Of a stretch of 64,000 nt of DNA, positions 12,859 through 24,999 are shown in pieces (position 1 is the stretch's first letter; each line of letters starts with the position of its first letter). The stretch is from the NCBI GenBank assembly GCA_030704615.1, contig CM060732.1, positions 3,844,001 to 3,908,000 of the forward strand, read 5' to 3'. Under the pieces are notes generated by a model. That model did no database searches. It was not told the DNA's origin and saw only the letters and a program-made list of their open reading frames with translations. This stretch comes from Takakia lepidozioides (Eukaryota; Plantae; Bryophyta). A program made the position numbers and the translations under genes.

Positions 12859-14217
12859 TCAATGATTTCTGGAATCCCTAAGGATGAGTTTGTGCAGCTC
12901 ATTCACGCTCAACGCCGGTGCATGAATAAAGTCATCAATAGTCACGTTCATCCTCAACCTCTTCAGGTAAATGTAATACAGATGCTTGCACGGATAATAC
13001 TTTGAACCCTTCTTTGCTTCCATCAAGGAGAAGTCCGTACAATTGCAAGTCGGCTCCACTCCAATCGTAATTGTGTATACATCGTCGCGTACAGCCAAGC
13101 CGGCCGTTGCCATCCGATAAACACGCCCAAGGCCGGGTGGAGGTACGTCCACGGAGCTCTGAATAGTGCAAGCCATCCCAAGAGCATTGGCAATCCGAGT
13201 CTCATTCAACTTGTTGGGAGGGTGTTGTCTCTTCACTCTTCCGAATCGCATTGTGGGATGTGCAGAATTGTCCAATCCGTCTCTACTAGACCGAGCAGTC
13301 TGCAATGGCTGGGTCTAAGGAACTGGAAATGCGTGGGCCGGGACGTCTGTGCGTTGCACCATACGAAATCCTGCTGCAGATAGAGCATCCGCCTCATTCT
13401 GAGAGAGGCTGCAACCCGGTGCAACAGGCCAGATGCCCGGAGGCTCCGGCATTCCCTGAATCCCGTATTTGGGCTTGCCAAATACACAGGTCATTATGTC
13501 GTGCCTACAGAACCAAAACGTCTGCGTTGTGGCGTGAGCAAATGTGGGAGTCAAAAATCTCCCGCTGAAACAAGGTGCAGGTACAGCACCGTGTGGGTTC
13601 CTCCGAATCATCTCACAATAGCGTGCTCTCGTATCCACCTGAATGGCGCAGCACTTCCCTCGAAATGCCGTCCTTGCAATTCTCCACTTTGACTCCGACA
13701 CTCTTGTCTCCACAATGGGTATATTGTACTGCGTTACTACAGATGGCTGGTTATGTTCCTTGGGCACGTGCCCTGTGCTCAAAGGAGATGGCGATCTTGA
13801 ACGTGCAGGACTTGCGGTGCTCGACGAGACCTCCTCGGGCAACATCATGGGACCACGAGGGAGCGTGCGAATATTCTTGTCAGCTCGCCATGAATCCTCT
13901 TCCCCGCCAGGTGCCTCGTCAAGTCTTCGTCTCACTGGACGGGTATGAACATCTCCTTCCAAATGTTGGCCTCTTTGAAGCAATGGCGTGTCCCGAAGGC
14001 CCTCTCGCAAGGCCGCCACCCACTTCCGAGGATTCTTTGATCTGGAGGCAGTCCGCATCAGCATTTCCTGCCTGTCCGGCCCCAAGCCCCACTGTTTCTC
14101 TTTCAAGAACTCGTTGTACCTGCATTGCTGCATAATTGACCTCACAATGTCCTCCGTTGTGGCAGTGAGGATGTCCACCAGATGCGCCGCAGAGGAGGCA
14201 CGCCAAGAAGAATGCAC
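12859..14217 (-). pseudogene. MULE transposase C-terminal half with SWIM zinc finger
   Basis: VHSSWRASS (follows the TTNMAES catalytic-Glu motif in other copies), Cys-rich segment, YTITIGVEPTCNCTDF...YYPCKHLYYI (SWIM CxC-x-CxH). Confidence 0.85.
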
Positions 14218-14219
14218 TG

Positions 14220-15829
14220 ATTATCCGCTGCTTCAATTCAGCAAAAGCTTGGCCACAAAATGTGTTCCATACCCAGACTTTGGATTTACACAGAAGGTCC
14301 GACAGCGGCCCCGCGATCTTGGCGAAATTTCTCACATACTTCCGGTAATAGGAGGCGAGTCCTAGGAAGGATCGCACTCCCGGGACCGAAGTCGGAGGCT
14401 CCCAGTCCAAGATCGCCCTCACCTTTCTGTCATCCATTTTGATCCCATCCTGTGTAATCACATGCCCCAGGAACTCCACTTTTGTGACCCCGAATTCGCA
14501 CTTTGAAGCTTTGGCATACAGCTTCCCTTCTCGCAATTTTTGGAACATCCTTTTTAGGTGCTCCAGGTGTTCTTCCTTTGTTTTCGAGTACACCAAGATG
14601 TCGTCGATGTACACGATCACAAAGTCATCCAACCACTCCTGGAAAAGGCTGTTCATCAGCGTGCTAAATGTCGCTGGTGCATTGGTGAGCCCAAAAGGCA
14701 TCACCAAGAACTCATATGAACCATACCTTGTCCTGCACGCGGTCTTCTCCTCATCTCCTTCCGCCACCCGAATTTGATGATAGCCGGAGCGCAAGTCGAT
14801 CCGGCTGAAATACTTCGCTCCTGCCAACCGATCGAAGAGGTCGTCGATCCTTGGCAAAGGGTACCGGTTTTTTATAGTCACCTTATTCAAAGCCCTGTAA
14901 TCGACACACATCCGCAGCGTCCCATCCTTCTTGTCTGCGAATAGCACCGGGGCTCCGTAAGGTGACTTACTCGGCCGGATGTACCCCTTTGACATTAGAT
15001 CCTTGAGCTAAGTCTTCAGCTCGACTGACTCCCTGTGGCTCAACCGGTAGGGTGCCTTGGCAGGCGGTTCCGTTCCTGGTATCACCTCAATTTTGTGGTC
15101 AACTCCTCTTCGCGGTGGCAAGCCGCTTGGTAAATCCTCCGGCATCACATCCTAGTATTTCTCCAAAATCCCCTTGATCCAATCTGGGCTCGGCTCCCCA
15201 TCGCCTTCTCCCTTCACTTCTCTAATGTAAAGCAAAAACTGGGCTTCGTGTGTCTCCTCCACGGCCCACTCCCTTGCTGACAGAAGGTTTATTCGCCCTC
15301 CCACGGATTTGGGCGTTTCCGACACTCGTAAGACCTCGCCACCATTCCCACATGGCAGCGTGACTACTCTCTTGCGGCCATCTATGACCGCTCCGGATTT
15401 GCTCAAAAAGGTCATCCCCAAAATGAGATCTACTCCATCGATCTCGCAGATGGTGAAGTTCTCACGTCCCTCCCAACTCCCCAGTTGAAGAGGAACATCA
15501 AACGCCAACCTTGTCGCCAACTGTGGTTCTCCTTTGGCAGAACGCACCTCAATAGAGGCCCCCACGTCACTTGTCGGGAGTCCCAGCTTTTGTGCCGTTG
15601 CCGGTGTCATGAAGAAGTGCGACGCTCCTGTGTCCACCAACAACGACACATTAGTTCCGGATATTATCCAATCCACGAACAATAACTGACTCCCTTTTCG
15701 TAAGGCACCAGTTTCCTGATACAACTCACAAGAAAATTTGCCTACCTTGCAAGTCCTGGCGAACACCGCTTCCACCAAGCGACTGATGGTATCTTCCGAC
15801 AGCTCCGTGGTTGCCCGAGTCATGTTCAA
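14220..15829 (-). pseudogene. pol: Chromovirus protease and reverse transcriptase
   Basis: [58 protein letters not shown]. Internal stops. Confidence 0.93.
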
Positions 15830-15832
15830 TTG

Positions 15833-16906
15833 TCAAGGTTTTGTGCACTTCTTGGCCATGTGCCCGGGCTCCCCGCAATTGAAACACACTCCATCAAAGG
15901 TCGCCTTCTGTCCGCCATAAGCCGCTCCACCCGCTTTTCCTTTCGAAGCATCAGGTGCCGCCTTGACGTGTGAAGGCCCTCCCTTCGATTTCCACGTGCC
16001 ATTGTCGCCGCGTGGCCTATCCCACTTCTTTTCCGGTCGGGAGGAGTCACCTTCCCGCCGGGTCTTCTTGTGGTTCAGCTCCGTACGGCCTTGTCTCTCA
16101 CCCCTAGGGACATCCGAGAAACATTCAGCCCTCTCAATTGCCTCGTTCAAAGTCTTGGGTGGCTTCTCCTCCAACTTCCGCCTGGCCCATGGGGCCAGTC
16201 CCGCCACAAAGTTGAAGACCATTTCTGGTTCTGCCATGTCCGCGACTTCGAGCAACAGCACATTGAAAGCTTGGACATACCCCCGAATGTCATCTGTTTG
16301 CTTCAAATTCCTCATCTTGTCCCGGGCAAGCCAGGACGCGTTGAGGGGCACAAACTGTCTCTTCATCAATTCCTTGAACCCACTCCAATTCAAGGTTTCC
16401 GGGCTTGGACCTCGGTCGTGAAGGCGTTTCTGCCACCATTGTTGAGCATAGCCCCTCAAATAGGTGGGAGCCACTTCCACCCGATCCTCGTCACTCAACT
16501 TGGCCGCCCGGAAGTACTGCTCTAGCTCCAGGAGCCAGGTGTTGAGTGCCTTCCGATTTCGGACGCCCTCGAAGGTGCTGGGTTCCTTAGGCTTCACCTT
16601 AAACTTTGCCTTAGTGGAAGTGGCATTAGCCGCCTTCAACACGTCTTTCAACGTCCCGCCAAACTGCGCCAACAACCCTTCCCAAAAGGCTGCCGGCATG
16701 GGAGGCATCTGTTGGTCGGTCGGAGCTCTCACAGATTCCTCGGGCTCCGACTCCTCGGATTCCTCCCGCTCTTGAGCGGCCTCGCTTCCAGAAACCTGCG
16801 TCGCTTCCTCTAACGGCCGCTTCGGTGACACGTCGCCCCCATCGGGCTCACCAGGATCATCATCTTTTGGGCCGTTCCGCTTTCGTTTTGGCTTGCCCGA
16901 CCCCAT
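15833..16906 (-). CDS. gag: Chromovirus Gag (retrotransposon gag domain, CCHC zinc knuckle)
   Basis: Open frame with WLLELEQYF, YLRGYAQQWW, LKQTDDIRGYV and [14 protein letters not shown]. Confidence 0.88.
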   Translation of the reverse strand: MGSGKPKRKRNGPKDDDPGEPDGGDVSPKRPLEEATQVSGSEAAQEREESEESEPEESVRAPTDQQMPPMPAAFWEGLLAQFGGTLKDVLKAANATSTKAKFKVKPKEPSTFEGVRNRKALNTWLLELEQYFRAAKLSDEDRVEVAPTYLRGYAQQWWQKRLHDRGPSPETLNWSGFKELMKRQFVPLNASWLARDKMRNLKQTDDIRGYVQAFNVLLLEVADMAEPEMVFNFVAGLAPWARRKLEEKPPKTLNEAIERAECFSDVPRGERQGRTELNHKKTRREGDSSRPEKKWDRPRGDNGTWKSKGGPSHVKAAPDASKGKAGGAAYGGQKATFDGVCFNCGEPGHMAKKCTKP

Positions 16907-16947
16907 GATGAGGCCAATCCCAAGGATGATCGCGTACTGAACTCTAA

Positions 16948-16959
16948 GCTCTGATACCA
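16948..16959 (-). promoter_or_regulatory. Primer-binding site complementary to initiator tRNA-Met
   Basis: TGGTATCAGAGC on the minus strand, 2 nt from the LTR end. Confidence 0.92.
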
Positions 16960-16961
16960 AG

Positions 16962-17689
16962 TGTCGCGCACCTCACTTCGGTAAGCTCCCCTTCAAGTCA
17001 TAGTTACTCGCTTTGATGCGCGCGCCTGACTCCCAACCTGGCCGCCCGGGCCAACTTGGAGCTTCGGCTGCTCACCGGGACATAACGGTCCCCCTTCGCT
17101 TCCCACTAAACCCTCCACCTATTTGGGACTAGGAGAATTCCCTTTGGTAGATGGCAGTCCGGAACAGCTCCCCACTCTTTGGTCGCTTTCCGGCTCGCTC
17201 GCTTACTCACTAGTTTTTGGTCACCAACGGGCTTGCACCGTTCTCGGGGTCACTACTCCCCTTATATATACTTCTGTAGCTGTCCGCGGGGGTTTCACAA
17301 CCAGCCATGCCATTTTATGGCGAACCACCACGAAAACCCTCGACTCCCGGTGATGAGTCGCGGTGAGTCTTGGCCCACTCACCACGGCCCCTATGGACCG
17401 TGATGAGTCCCAAGACTCCCCACGACTCCCACCACGAGGTCTCCGCCCCCATGGTGAGTCATATGCCACCCCCACTAAGTCCCGTTAAGCTACCACCACC
17501 CCTTGTGGAGCCACCCCCACCGCAACCCGGTGTGCGGGGCTCCACCTAGTGAGCGCCTCCGCCTCCTTGAGTGCCTTGGGCACTCAAGGGTGCTTCAGCC
17601 CCCCGTACCTATCGCTGCCACTGCCCCCACCACAAGGGCAGCCCCTCATGTGTCCCGACCCCCTGCCCTCAAGGCAAAGGGCCGCGACA
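16962..17689 (-). repeat. Chromovirus LTR (~728 bp, TGTCGCG...CGCGACA)
   Basis: Inverted termini. Homologous copies at 34331-34926 (partial), 35675-36401 (inverted) and 38930-39655. Confidence 0.93.
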
Positions 17690-18358
17690 GGCCGGCACCT
17701 GTCCGTCACATTTCAACCCCCGGACGGAAATTCGGCACCGAATATCCAGTAGGGGACGCCAGGACGAAGTCGCCTCGGGCGGAGAGGCCGGCACCTGTCC
17801 AATAGAGACCATCCCCCGGATGGAAATTTGGCGCCGAATTTCCATCCGGGCCCCCTCAAAGGAAGTCCGGTCGGGTGGTGAGGCCCAAAACTGGACGATA
17901 TAAAAACCTCCCAGGATGGAAAAACGGCGCTGAATTTCCGTGCGGGGCGGTTCGGATGCAGTCGGGGAGGGTTGAGAGGCCGGCACCTGGCCGTCACATT
18001 TCAACCCCCGGACGAAAATTCGGCACCGAATATCCAACAGGGGACGCCCGGATGAAGTCGCCTCGGGCGTAGAGGCCGGCGCGTGTTCGATAGAGAGCAT
18101 CCCCTGGATGGAGATTCGGCGCCGAATTTCCATCCGGGCCCTCCCAAACGAAGTCATGTCGGGGGGGCAGGCCGAAAACTGGCCGACATAAAAACCCTTC
18201 CAGATGGGAAAACGGCGCCGAATTTCCATGGAGGGGCCGTTCGGATGCAGTCGGGGAGGGGGGAGAGGCCGGCACCTGGCCGTCACATTTCAACCCCCGG
18301 ACGGAAATTCGGCACCGAATATCCAGCAGGGGACGCCAGGACGAAGTCGCCTCGGGGA
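17690..18358. repeat. Subfamily-1 palindrome array (GGAAATTCGGCGCCGAATTTCC variants, ~60-bp spacing)
   Basis: Same array type at 25000-25690 and 37690-38540. Confidence 0.9.
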
Positions 18359-19793
18359 GCCTCAACCTGACTGTGCTGTTGAAAGGTATCCTCATTGCGC
18401 CGGATAGTAGCCTTCAAGTCAGCAATGAGTTTCGCCTGCTCTACTGACTCAACCTCCACCATTAAACATCTCTCAGCTTGATTCTTAACCTCTAATGCAG
18501 TCAACTCCAGAGTAGTTATTAGTGTGGCACATTGGATGGTTATTTTCTGATGAACTGCCTCCAACTCTGTATGTAGCGACTTCACCTCCGACAATTTGCC
18601 TTCATGCTTCACCTGCAACTGATATAGCTGTTGCTTATGGACTTCATGCAACTTCTCCTCCTCCAAGCCTACTTCAATCAAGTTTTCCTTTGCAAGTTGT
18701 AGAGCAGATTGAGTGTCCTCCAACTCTTTCTGCAACTTAAGGTTGGCCTCCACATCCGCCTTATTTACACACTCAGTGGCAATTCTTGCCTCAAACTCTT
18801 ACTTGAGCTCCTCCCTCAATGCTGCCAATTGCGTGGAAGGAACATGGGATTTCACATAGGTGCCCAATAGGTTGAGAGTCCTGCTTATGGAACTCATAAG
18901 CATGGCCTGCTGTGGGTCTTCACGGAGAACTTGCTGCTATTCTCCTTGATCCTCCACAGTTTGATGTTTCACAAACTAATCGGGCCATGATCCCACAAGA
19001 TCCTGTTCCTGAGCCACCTCATCCTCCACAGGTGCTGCAGTGCCCTTGCACTCTACCCCTTGAACCTCTATCATAGGTTTGGGCATGACTTGCACAGCAG
19101 AGATTTCCTTGGTCAGACTCTGCATCTTTGGTACAACTGGTTCTCCGACCATGCCAGAGTTTTCATAGAGAAGGTCACCCTTCTCAATTTTTGCCACTAC
19201 CTACTCTGTAGTGGGGATGTCCAACCCTTCTCCTTCCACAACAAGAGGCTCCGGTGTGACAACATGTACAATCTGAGTTACCCTTGGGGCATCCGAGTCA
19301 ATTGGCTGTGGAGGCTGTGGCACTGAAGTAACTTCTACCTCCCTCTCCAAGGGTTGTGCTTCCAGCAATAACAGCTCCGTGTGCTGCTGCTCCTCATCCT
19401 GCACAAGCACTATGGAAACATCATCTTGTGGTTTCCTTGTAGCTAGTGGATCTGCCACTACGGTCGCATCCCGCTTTTGTCTCTTCGACTGGTGCTGCCC
19501 CTCCAATCCCCCTTCACCTTGTGAAGAGCCTTGCTCCTCAACTGCAGTTGTGGCTGTCTCAAACACTCCCATCAGCTTGCGTTCTCGCGCATCAAGCAAA
19601 CAAGAGTCAAGGATAATTTGCGCAATTATTGGGCCAGACACAATGATCGGGGACTTAGCAGTAGTATTTTGTAACGGCTTCATCTCCTCCACCAGACCAT
19701 TGTACATCAACTCCGCCCAAGCCACATCCTCTCCCCTCAAGGCTTTCAGTACCTCCTCCGTGAAAGATCTGCTAAAATACTGTTGGTTCTGTT
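18359..19793 (-). pseudogene. Fragment of a second G1-family extra ORF
   Basis: 18360-18800 is near-identical to 8200-8640 (EANLKLQKELEDT..ALQLAKENLIE). Upstream GEDVAWAELMYNGLVEEM...SGPIIAQII. Cut by a MULE terminus at 19794. Confidence 0.7.
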
Positions 19794-21358
19794 GGGGGCT
19801 GCTATTTCATGAGCGGCATGAGCATGAGCGGAAAAAAAAAAAGCATGAGCAGGCCGAATTGTGTCCACGGAAATAGGGTTAGGAGGCACGGAAATAGGGT
19901 CATGTGGACTCGTCATAGCAATGAAATGCAACATTTTATTGCAAATTTGGTGGCAAGCCACGTCTATACAAGTGTGTCCTAACTGTCATAGCAGGAATGG
20001 GAACTACTCTCCTACACCTTCCGAGGAACTTGGCCCTCCTTCTTCCTCATCCCCCTCATCCCTCCCATCCTCCGAGCTCTGTGATGCATTGGTTGCACTA
20101 TGCCTCTCAAAAATGCCGTCCTCTCCTTGGGGGACTGTCCACCTCACCTCCTGGGAATCTTCTGCCTCTTCTCCCCCACTTTCCTCTGCAAAATCCAACA
20201 CAAATCTACGAGCCCGACGGGCTCTAATAGCTGCTGCCTCCTCCCTCATCTTCATTTTCTTGAGGCTTGCCTCGTCTAAAATCTGTTGTACACGACTAGG
20301 TTCGGAACACCTCCTAATGGACACCGAAGCAAGCCGGGCAGCATAAGTAGGAAGGATGTAGTCCCTTTCTGGACTAGGCATGAAATCCCCCCTGGCAAAA
20401 AAAGGCACGTTCCTCCTGCCCATGAACTCCGGTGCAGACGTCCCTCCTGCCGTACTTGACATCCTACAGTAAAAACAAATCCACTTCAAGAATGTCAATA
20501 CCAGCAGAAGCAGAAAGGGTTTTCAATGAAATAAAAGAGCGAAGGGAGGTGCCTCACGAAATCTGGAGGCAACTTACAATGCGACCACTCACTCGTACAC
20601 CGGGGGCTCCTCGGCCTCGATCCCAACTTGTTCCTCCCCCTGCTCCTTCTCGGATTTTTCCTCATCCTCCGAGGATGCCTCTTCCTCTTTCGGCAGACGT
20701 TCAGCCGCTGCAAGTTCCGAGTTGTGGAGGGCAGTATCTGGCTCGAAGGCGAACACATGCCTGTCGGACAACGTCCTTGCCCACATTGAAGCACCTGAGG
20801 AACAAAGCGGGCGGTTAATAGCTTGCGGCATGCAATTGCAATCGGGCCAGGGGACAAACTGAGCACATGAAGGCTTACCCGTGCCGCATGTGAGGTCCAG
20901 AATCCGCCCTTGGACATCCGAGCACGTCTCCATGAGGGTTTGGATGAAAACAGGGCTCCGGGTCTGGCTGTACCGCCACGGTTTGCCTATCTTTGTGTCC
21001 TTCGGCATACTGGAGTGGGGCACATAGTTGTAGAGGACATCGTAGGTAACAGGGTCCACAGCGGCATCAACAAGACAACTGTCGTTGCGGAATTTGAACG
21101 TAGACCCTCTCTTCACAAAGCAATATGCCTCAAACACTAATGTCTGCACATCCAACAAAATAGGGATCAACTCCGGGATCTTGTTTAGATACACCACAAT
21201 ATGAGGTGAATGCAATAGATTGATAACTTACACTTTGGCCCTCTGTTCGCAACCCCTGTGTATTGATGCAGAACCATTTTCTGAGGAGGACCGGGGTGAC
21301 ACTTTTCGGTGTCCACCTTGCCACCGCATTCTCTGTGGTCTTCCCTCTTGTGGCAAGG
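19794..21358 (-). mobile_element. MULE copy M1: methyltransferase-side terminus and 3' half of the cargo gene
   Basis: Begins GGGGGCTGCTATTTCATGAGCGGCATGAGCATGAGCGG(A)n, the same terminus as at 37246. Confidence 0.8.
20004..21358 (-). pseudogene. 3' exons of the ParB-methyltransferase cargo gene (SAM-binding motif I, acidic tail)
   Basis: PWRYSQTRSPVFIQTLMETCSDVQGRILDLTCGT|intron|GASMWARTLSDRHVFAFEPD resembles the N6_N4_Mtase C-terminal pattern KP..L..LI...S..GD.VLDPF.GSGTT..A....R..IG.E.D. Homologous to 54030-54540. Confidence 0.75.
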
Positions 21359-21749
21359 GAGGTTTGCTATTTCATGAGCATGAGCGGCATGAGCGGCATG
21401 AGCAGAGTAGTAAGACAATCGGTTTTCATGAGCAGAAGTACAAATTTCGAAAATAAAAAATAATAAAAAACAATAATTTAATGCAATGTGTCAGGAAAAA
21501 TTATTCGGCCCCTTGAAGGGAAAATTGCAGTTTTGACAGTTGTGCTCATGATATTTTGTCTTCCGCTCATGCCAATTCCCAGCGACATGTGCAAATATGG
21601 CGCCGAATTTCGCGGTAATAGGGTCCGTAACCTGAAAAAACGGCGACGTATTTCGCGGTAATAGGTCTCTCTGACGAAAAATGGTGCTGAATTCCGCGGC
21701 TATAGGTCCCCTCACGACAGGTAATTCGGCGCCATTTTTCCAGTGCATG

Positions 21750-22030
21750 TTCGGACTTAGCCAGTTTTCGGCGCAAAATAGGGAAATTCGGCGCCATTTT
21801 TCCAGACACTGTACCAGTGCATGTTGGGACTTAGCCAGTTTTCGGCCCAAAAAAGAGAAATTCGGCGCCATTTTTCCAGACACGGTACCAGTGCATGTTG
21901 GGACTTAGCCAGTTTTCGGCCCAAAAAAGAGAAATTCGGCGCCATTTTCCCAGACACAGGTACCAGTGCATGTTGGACTTAGCCAGTTTTCGGCCCCAAA
22001 AAGAGAAATTCGGCGCCATTTTTCCAGAAA
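21750..22030. repeat. Subterminal tandem repeat, ~74-bp unit x4 (x2 in M0 at ~12570-12705)
   Basis: Unit ggacttagccagttttcggcccaaaaaagagaaattcggcgccatttttccagacacggtaccagtgcatgttg. Confidence 0.88.
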
Positions 22031-22182
22031 TGGCCCCACAACTGCTTCTGTTGGATCTCAGTTTGAATGGAATATTGCCTCATTCCAGGAGTTTTGGGGT
22101 GCATTTCATTACACTGCAAAAAAAAGTCTGATACAGCAAAATGCAATTGAAAATATCCATATGGAGGATTCCCTTTGCCCCA

Positions 22183-24760
22183 TCAATGATTTCTGGAATC
22201 CCTAAGGAGGAGTTTGTGCAGCTCGTTCATGCTCAACGCCGGTGCATGAATAAAGTCATCAATAGTCACGTTCATCCTCAACCTCTTCAGGTAAATGTAA
22301 TACAAATGCTTGCACGGATAATACTTGGAACCCTTCTTTGCTTCCATCAACGAGAAGTCCGTACAATTGCAAGTCGGCTCCACTCCAATCGTAATTGTGT
22401 ATACATCGTCGCGTACAGCCGAGCCGGCCGTTGCCATCCGATACACACGCCCAAGGTCGGGTGGGGGTACGTCCACGGAGCTCTGAATAGTGCAAGCCAT
22501 CCCAAGAGCATTGGCAATCCGAGTCTCATTCAACTTGTTGGGAGGGTGTCGTCTCTTCACTCTTCCGAATCGCATTGTGGGATGTGCAGAATTGTCCAAT
22601 CCGTCTCTACTGGACCGAGCAGTCTGCAATGGCTGGGTCTGAGGAACCGGAAATGCGTGGGCCGGGATGTCTGTGCGTTGCACCATTTCCTGCCTGTCCG
22701 GCCCCAAGCCCCACTGTTTCCCTTTCAAGAACTCGTTGTACCTGCATTGTTGTATAATTGACCTCACAATGTCCTCCGTTGTGGCAGTGAGGATGTCCAC
22801 CAGATGCGCTGCAAAGGAGGCACGCCAGGAAGAGTGCACTGATTCGGCCATGTTTGTCGTGGGCATGTCGGTGTCGGAGTCGAGACACATTTCCTGCACA
22901 AGCACATGTTCAGGTTACAAGCAAATTAAAAATATGGCCAAGAATAATATTCAACGGGACGCGAATTCGTGCAACTCACCTCCCGTATATAGTCGCCGAA
23001 CTGGAGGAAACGTTAATGCCACCATGCTAGCCAACTGACCATTACTCCCTCGTCTGATTTCCTTACAGCACCTGACGATGTCCACCAAGCCCGTATGCAT
23101 GCAAACTGTGTCTCTGCATCATCCAAGGTGGGAGCGCGCTTCCACGCAAGACACATGGAACGGTGCTCCTCTCTGAAATCTGGCACCACGAGCCTGGTTG
23201 TGTACTGCGAAAGGCTCTGCAAAAAATGGAACCCACAAGATCTCTCCTTGCCTTCCATGGGAACATTGGGGTCTTCAGGATTGCCCCCTCCCAATTTCCG
23301 TGGTTTCATGGCGGACAACGCACAAGCAAATTGGGCTGCCATCCGAAGGGAGTTGGCCATCTGTTCGTTTATTCCCTGCCAAAGAAGCATCTCCGATTGT
23401 GTGTCCTCTCCTTTCATCTCACAAATAGCAATTGTCATTAGCATCCTGCAGTGGGTGTCGTAGACATGTGCACCCATTGTCACCCACTGGTGATTTGTAA
23501 TTCGCTTGATATGGTCGAACATGACCCAACTGTTTGACAAGTTCCCACTCGTCATCCTGTCGACCAGTTCGACGCCACTGCTAGGTCCACACGTGGATAT
23601 TTTGAATACGAAACAACGATCTGCCTCAGTCCCTTGTTCTGGAAACCTACTTCCATGAATGTAGTCATATCCACATCGTCGCTTCACCTCCAGAATGGAG
23701 TGCATATCCGAGCCACGCCCAATTTTCTGTTTGCATGAGACAATGTGGTTTCGGACATTCGGTGAACATACGTGGGACACCGACTCCAGCAATGCTTAAA
23801 TGTGGAGTTCGGAACCTTCTCCTGAGCTCGAAATGGTTGATGAGCTGTGCCTGTCCAATCGGTCTCGTTCCTGTGACCTCTGGATTTAAAGTGGAAGCAA
23901 GTTGGGGAGAAACACCGCAACGCGCCCGCACAAACAACGTAGCGCACCCGCACACCATCGAGCATCTTCATGCTGGTGGTTTTGGTACGCACCAAGGATG
24001 ACCGTCATGTTTTCTATCCATATCTGTCAACATTCCGGACGCCCTCGAGTAGTCCGCCTGAGGAGGGAACTCAAAGAAGATATTACCGTCGACGTCGGCG
24101 GGAAGGCATGTAACCGATTTAATTGCGAACTTGCTGTAGTCCAGCCTGGCCAGCTCCGACCGTGTCCCTCCAGGTGAAGCCCTCGCAGAATTTCAAGAAT
24201 AGATCGAACTGCGGTGCTCGTGCTGGGAATATGACTCCCTCCTCCACTGACGTCCATTAAGGACTTGCCTAATCTCCAGGACGACCTCGGAACTTCCATG
24301 ACCTCGTCTGAGTCGGACAGGTTGTGAATAACCCGGTTCTCGCTCGTCTTCATGGATGGGTTCGGCTCTGGATTTACTTCGTTGCAGACTTCTCTCTTTG
24401 AGGTACCACTCTCTGATTCGCGGATTGTTTCGTGGAAGGCGCCAGGATAGAAGGTGCATTTGGGGGGCAAATGAAGTCCCCAACAGCCCTGTATATGACG
24501 TTGTCCGATGGTGGAACTCGCCATTCCCTGCCATCGCCGAAATCATCGTGGAGCACAACAATACTCTCGACAACAAGGCCGTTAGAGTCCTTCCTTTCCT
24601 CCTCCAAAAAACCCGACCCCGGTTTCAGGTGGTATCGAACGCACAGATATTTCTCCATCACCCGGTAGATGTCCCCTCTGCACGGAAATGAAGCTCTATG
24701 CTCGTGAGGAGGGCAGTACACTGTAGCGCTCGGGTTTTCCGCCATGGGAGATGTGCACAC
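22183..24760 (-). pseudogene. MULE transposase of M2 with internal deletions
   Basis: WVMFDHIKR (D1), ERSCGFHFLQSL (CxxH), TTNMAESVH (E), SWIM. The segment carrying FMADNAQAN (D2) is locally inverted at ~23275-23360. Confidence 0.85.
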
Positions 24761-24999
24761 AAGACTGCCAGGATGGCGTGCGGGGAAGCTCCCTGGTAGA
24801 AGGGGGATGCAGCGATGGGAATGAATGCGATGCCGATTTGTCCGAGCAACGAAGCCTGATCCAAATCCAGGGAGCCAACTATCTCAAAAATCCACAGTCA
24901 GAGTGTTAATGAACCTTGTCTCCGGAATGCGGCCCCTGGTCTTTGCGCAATAACTGCCAACGGTATGCAGTCAGAAAGTGGGGGGCCGTCCGGATGATG

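Larger units (their letters stand above)
14220..17689 (-). mobile_element. Chromovirus (Ty3/Gypsy) copy 1: 5' LTR, PBS, gag, protease, RT; 3' part deleted
   Basis: LTR 16962-17689, PBS, gag with [14 protein letters not shown], protease [14 protein letters not shown]. Fused to transposase sequence at ~14220. Confidence 0.93.
12073..18358 (-). mobile_element. MULE copy M0 (subfamily 1): transposase-side terminus, transposase C-terminal part, nested chromovirus, palindrome array
   Basis: Begins GAGGTTAGCTATTTCATGAGCATGAGCGG inside the G1 RT. Near-identical to 21359 onward. Confidence 0.82.

Noticed and set aside
13919-14995. Apparent RT fused to a novel C-terminal domain
   Set aside because: Deletion junction at ~14220 joins RT to an off-frame reading of transposase sequence.
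17669-18407. Many overlapping ORFs with MEIRRRISI / WKFGAEFP / DGNSAPNF (also 24.9-29.1, 37.6-38.9 and 45 kb)
   Set aside because: Translations of the palindromic DNA repeat in all six frames, not proteins.
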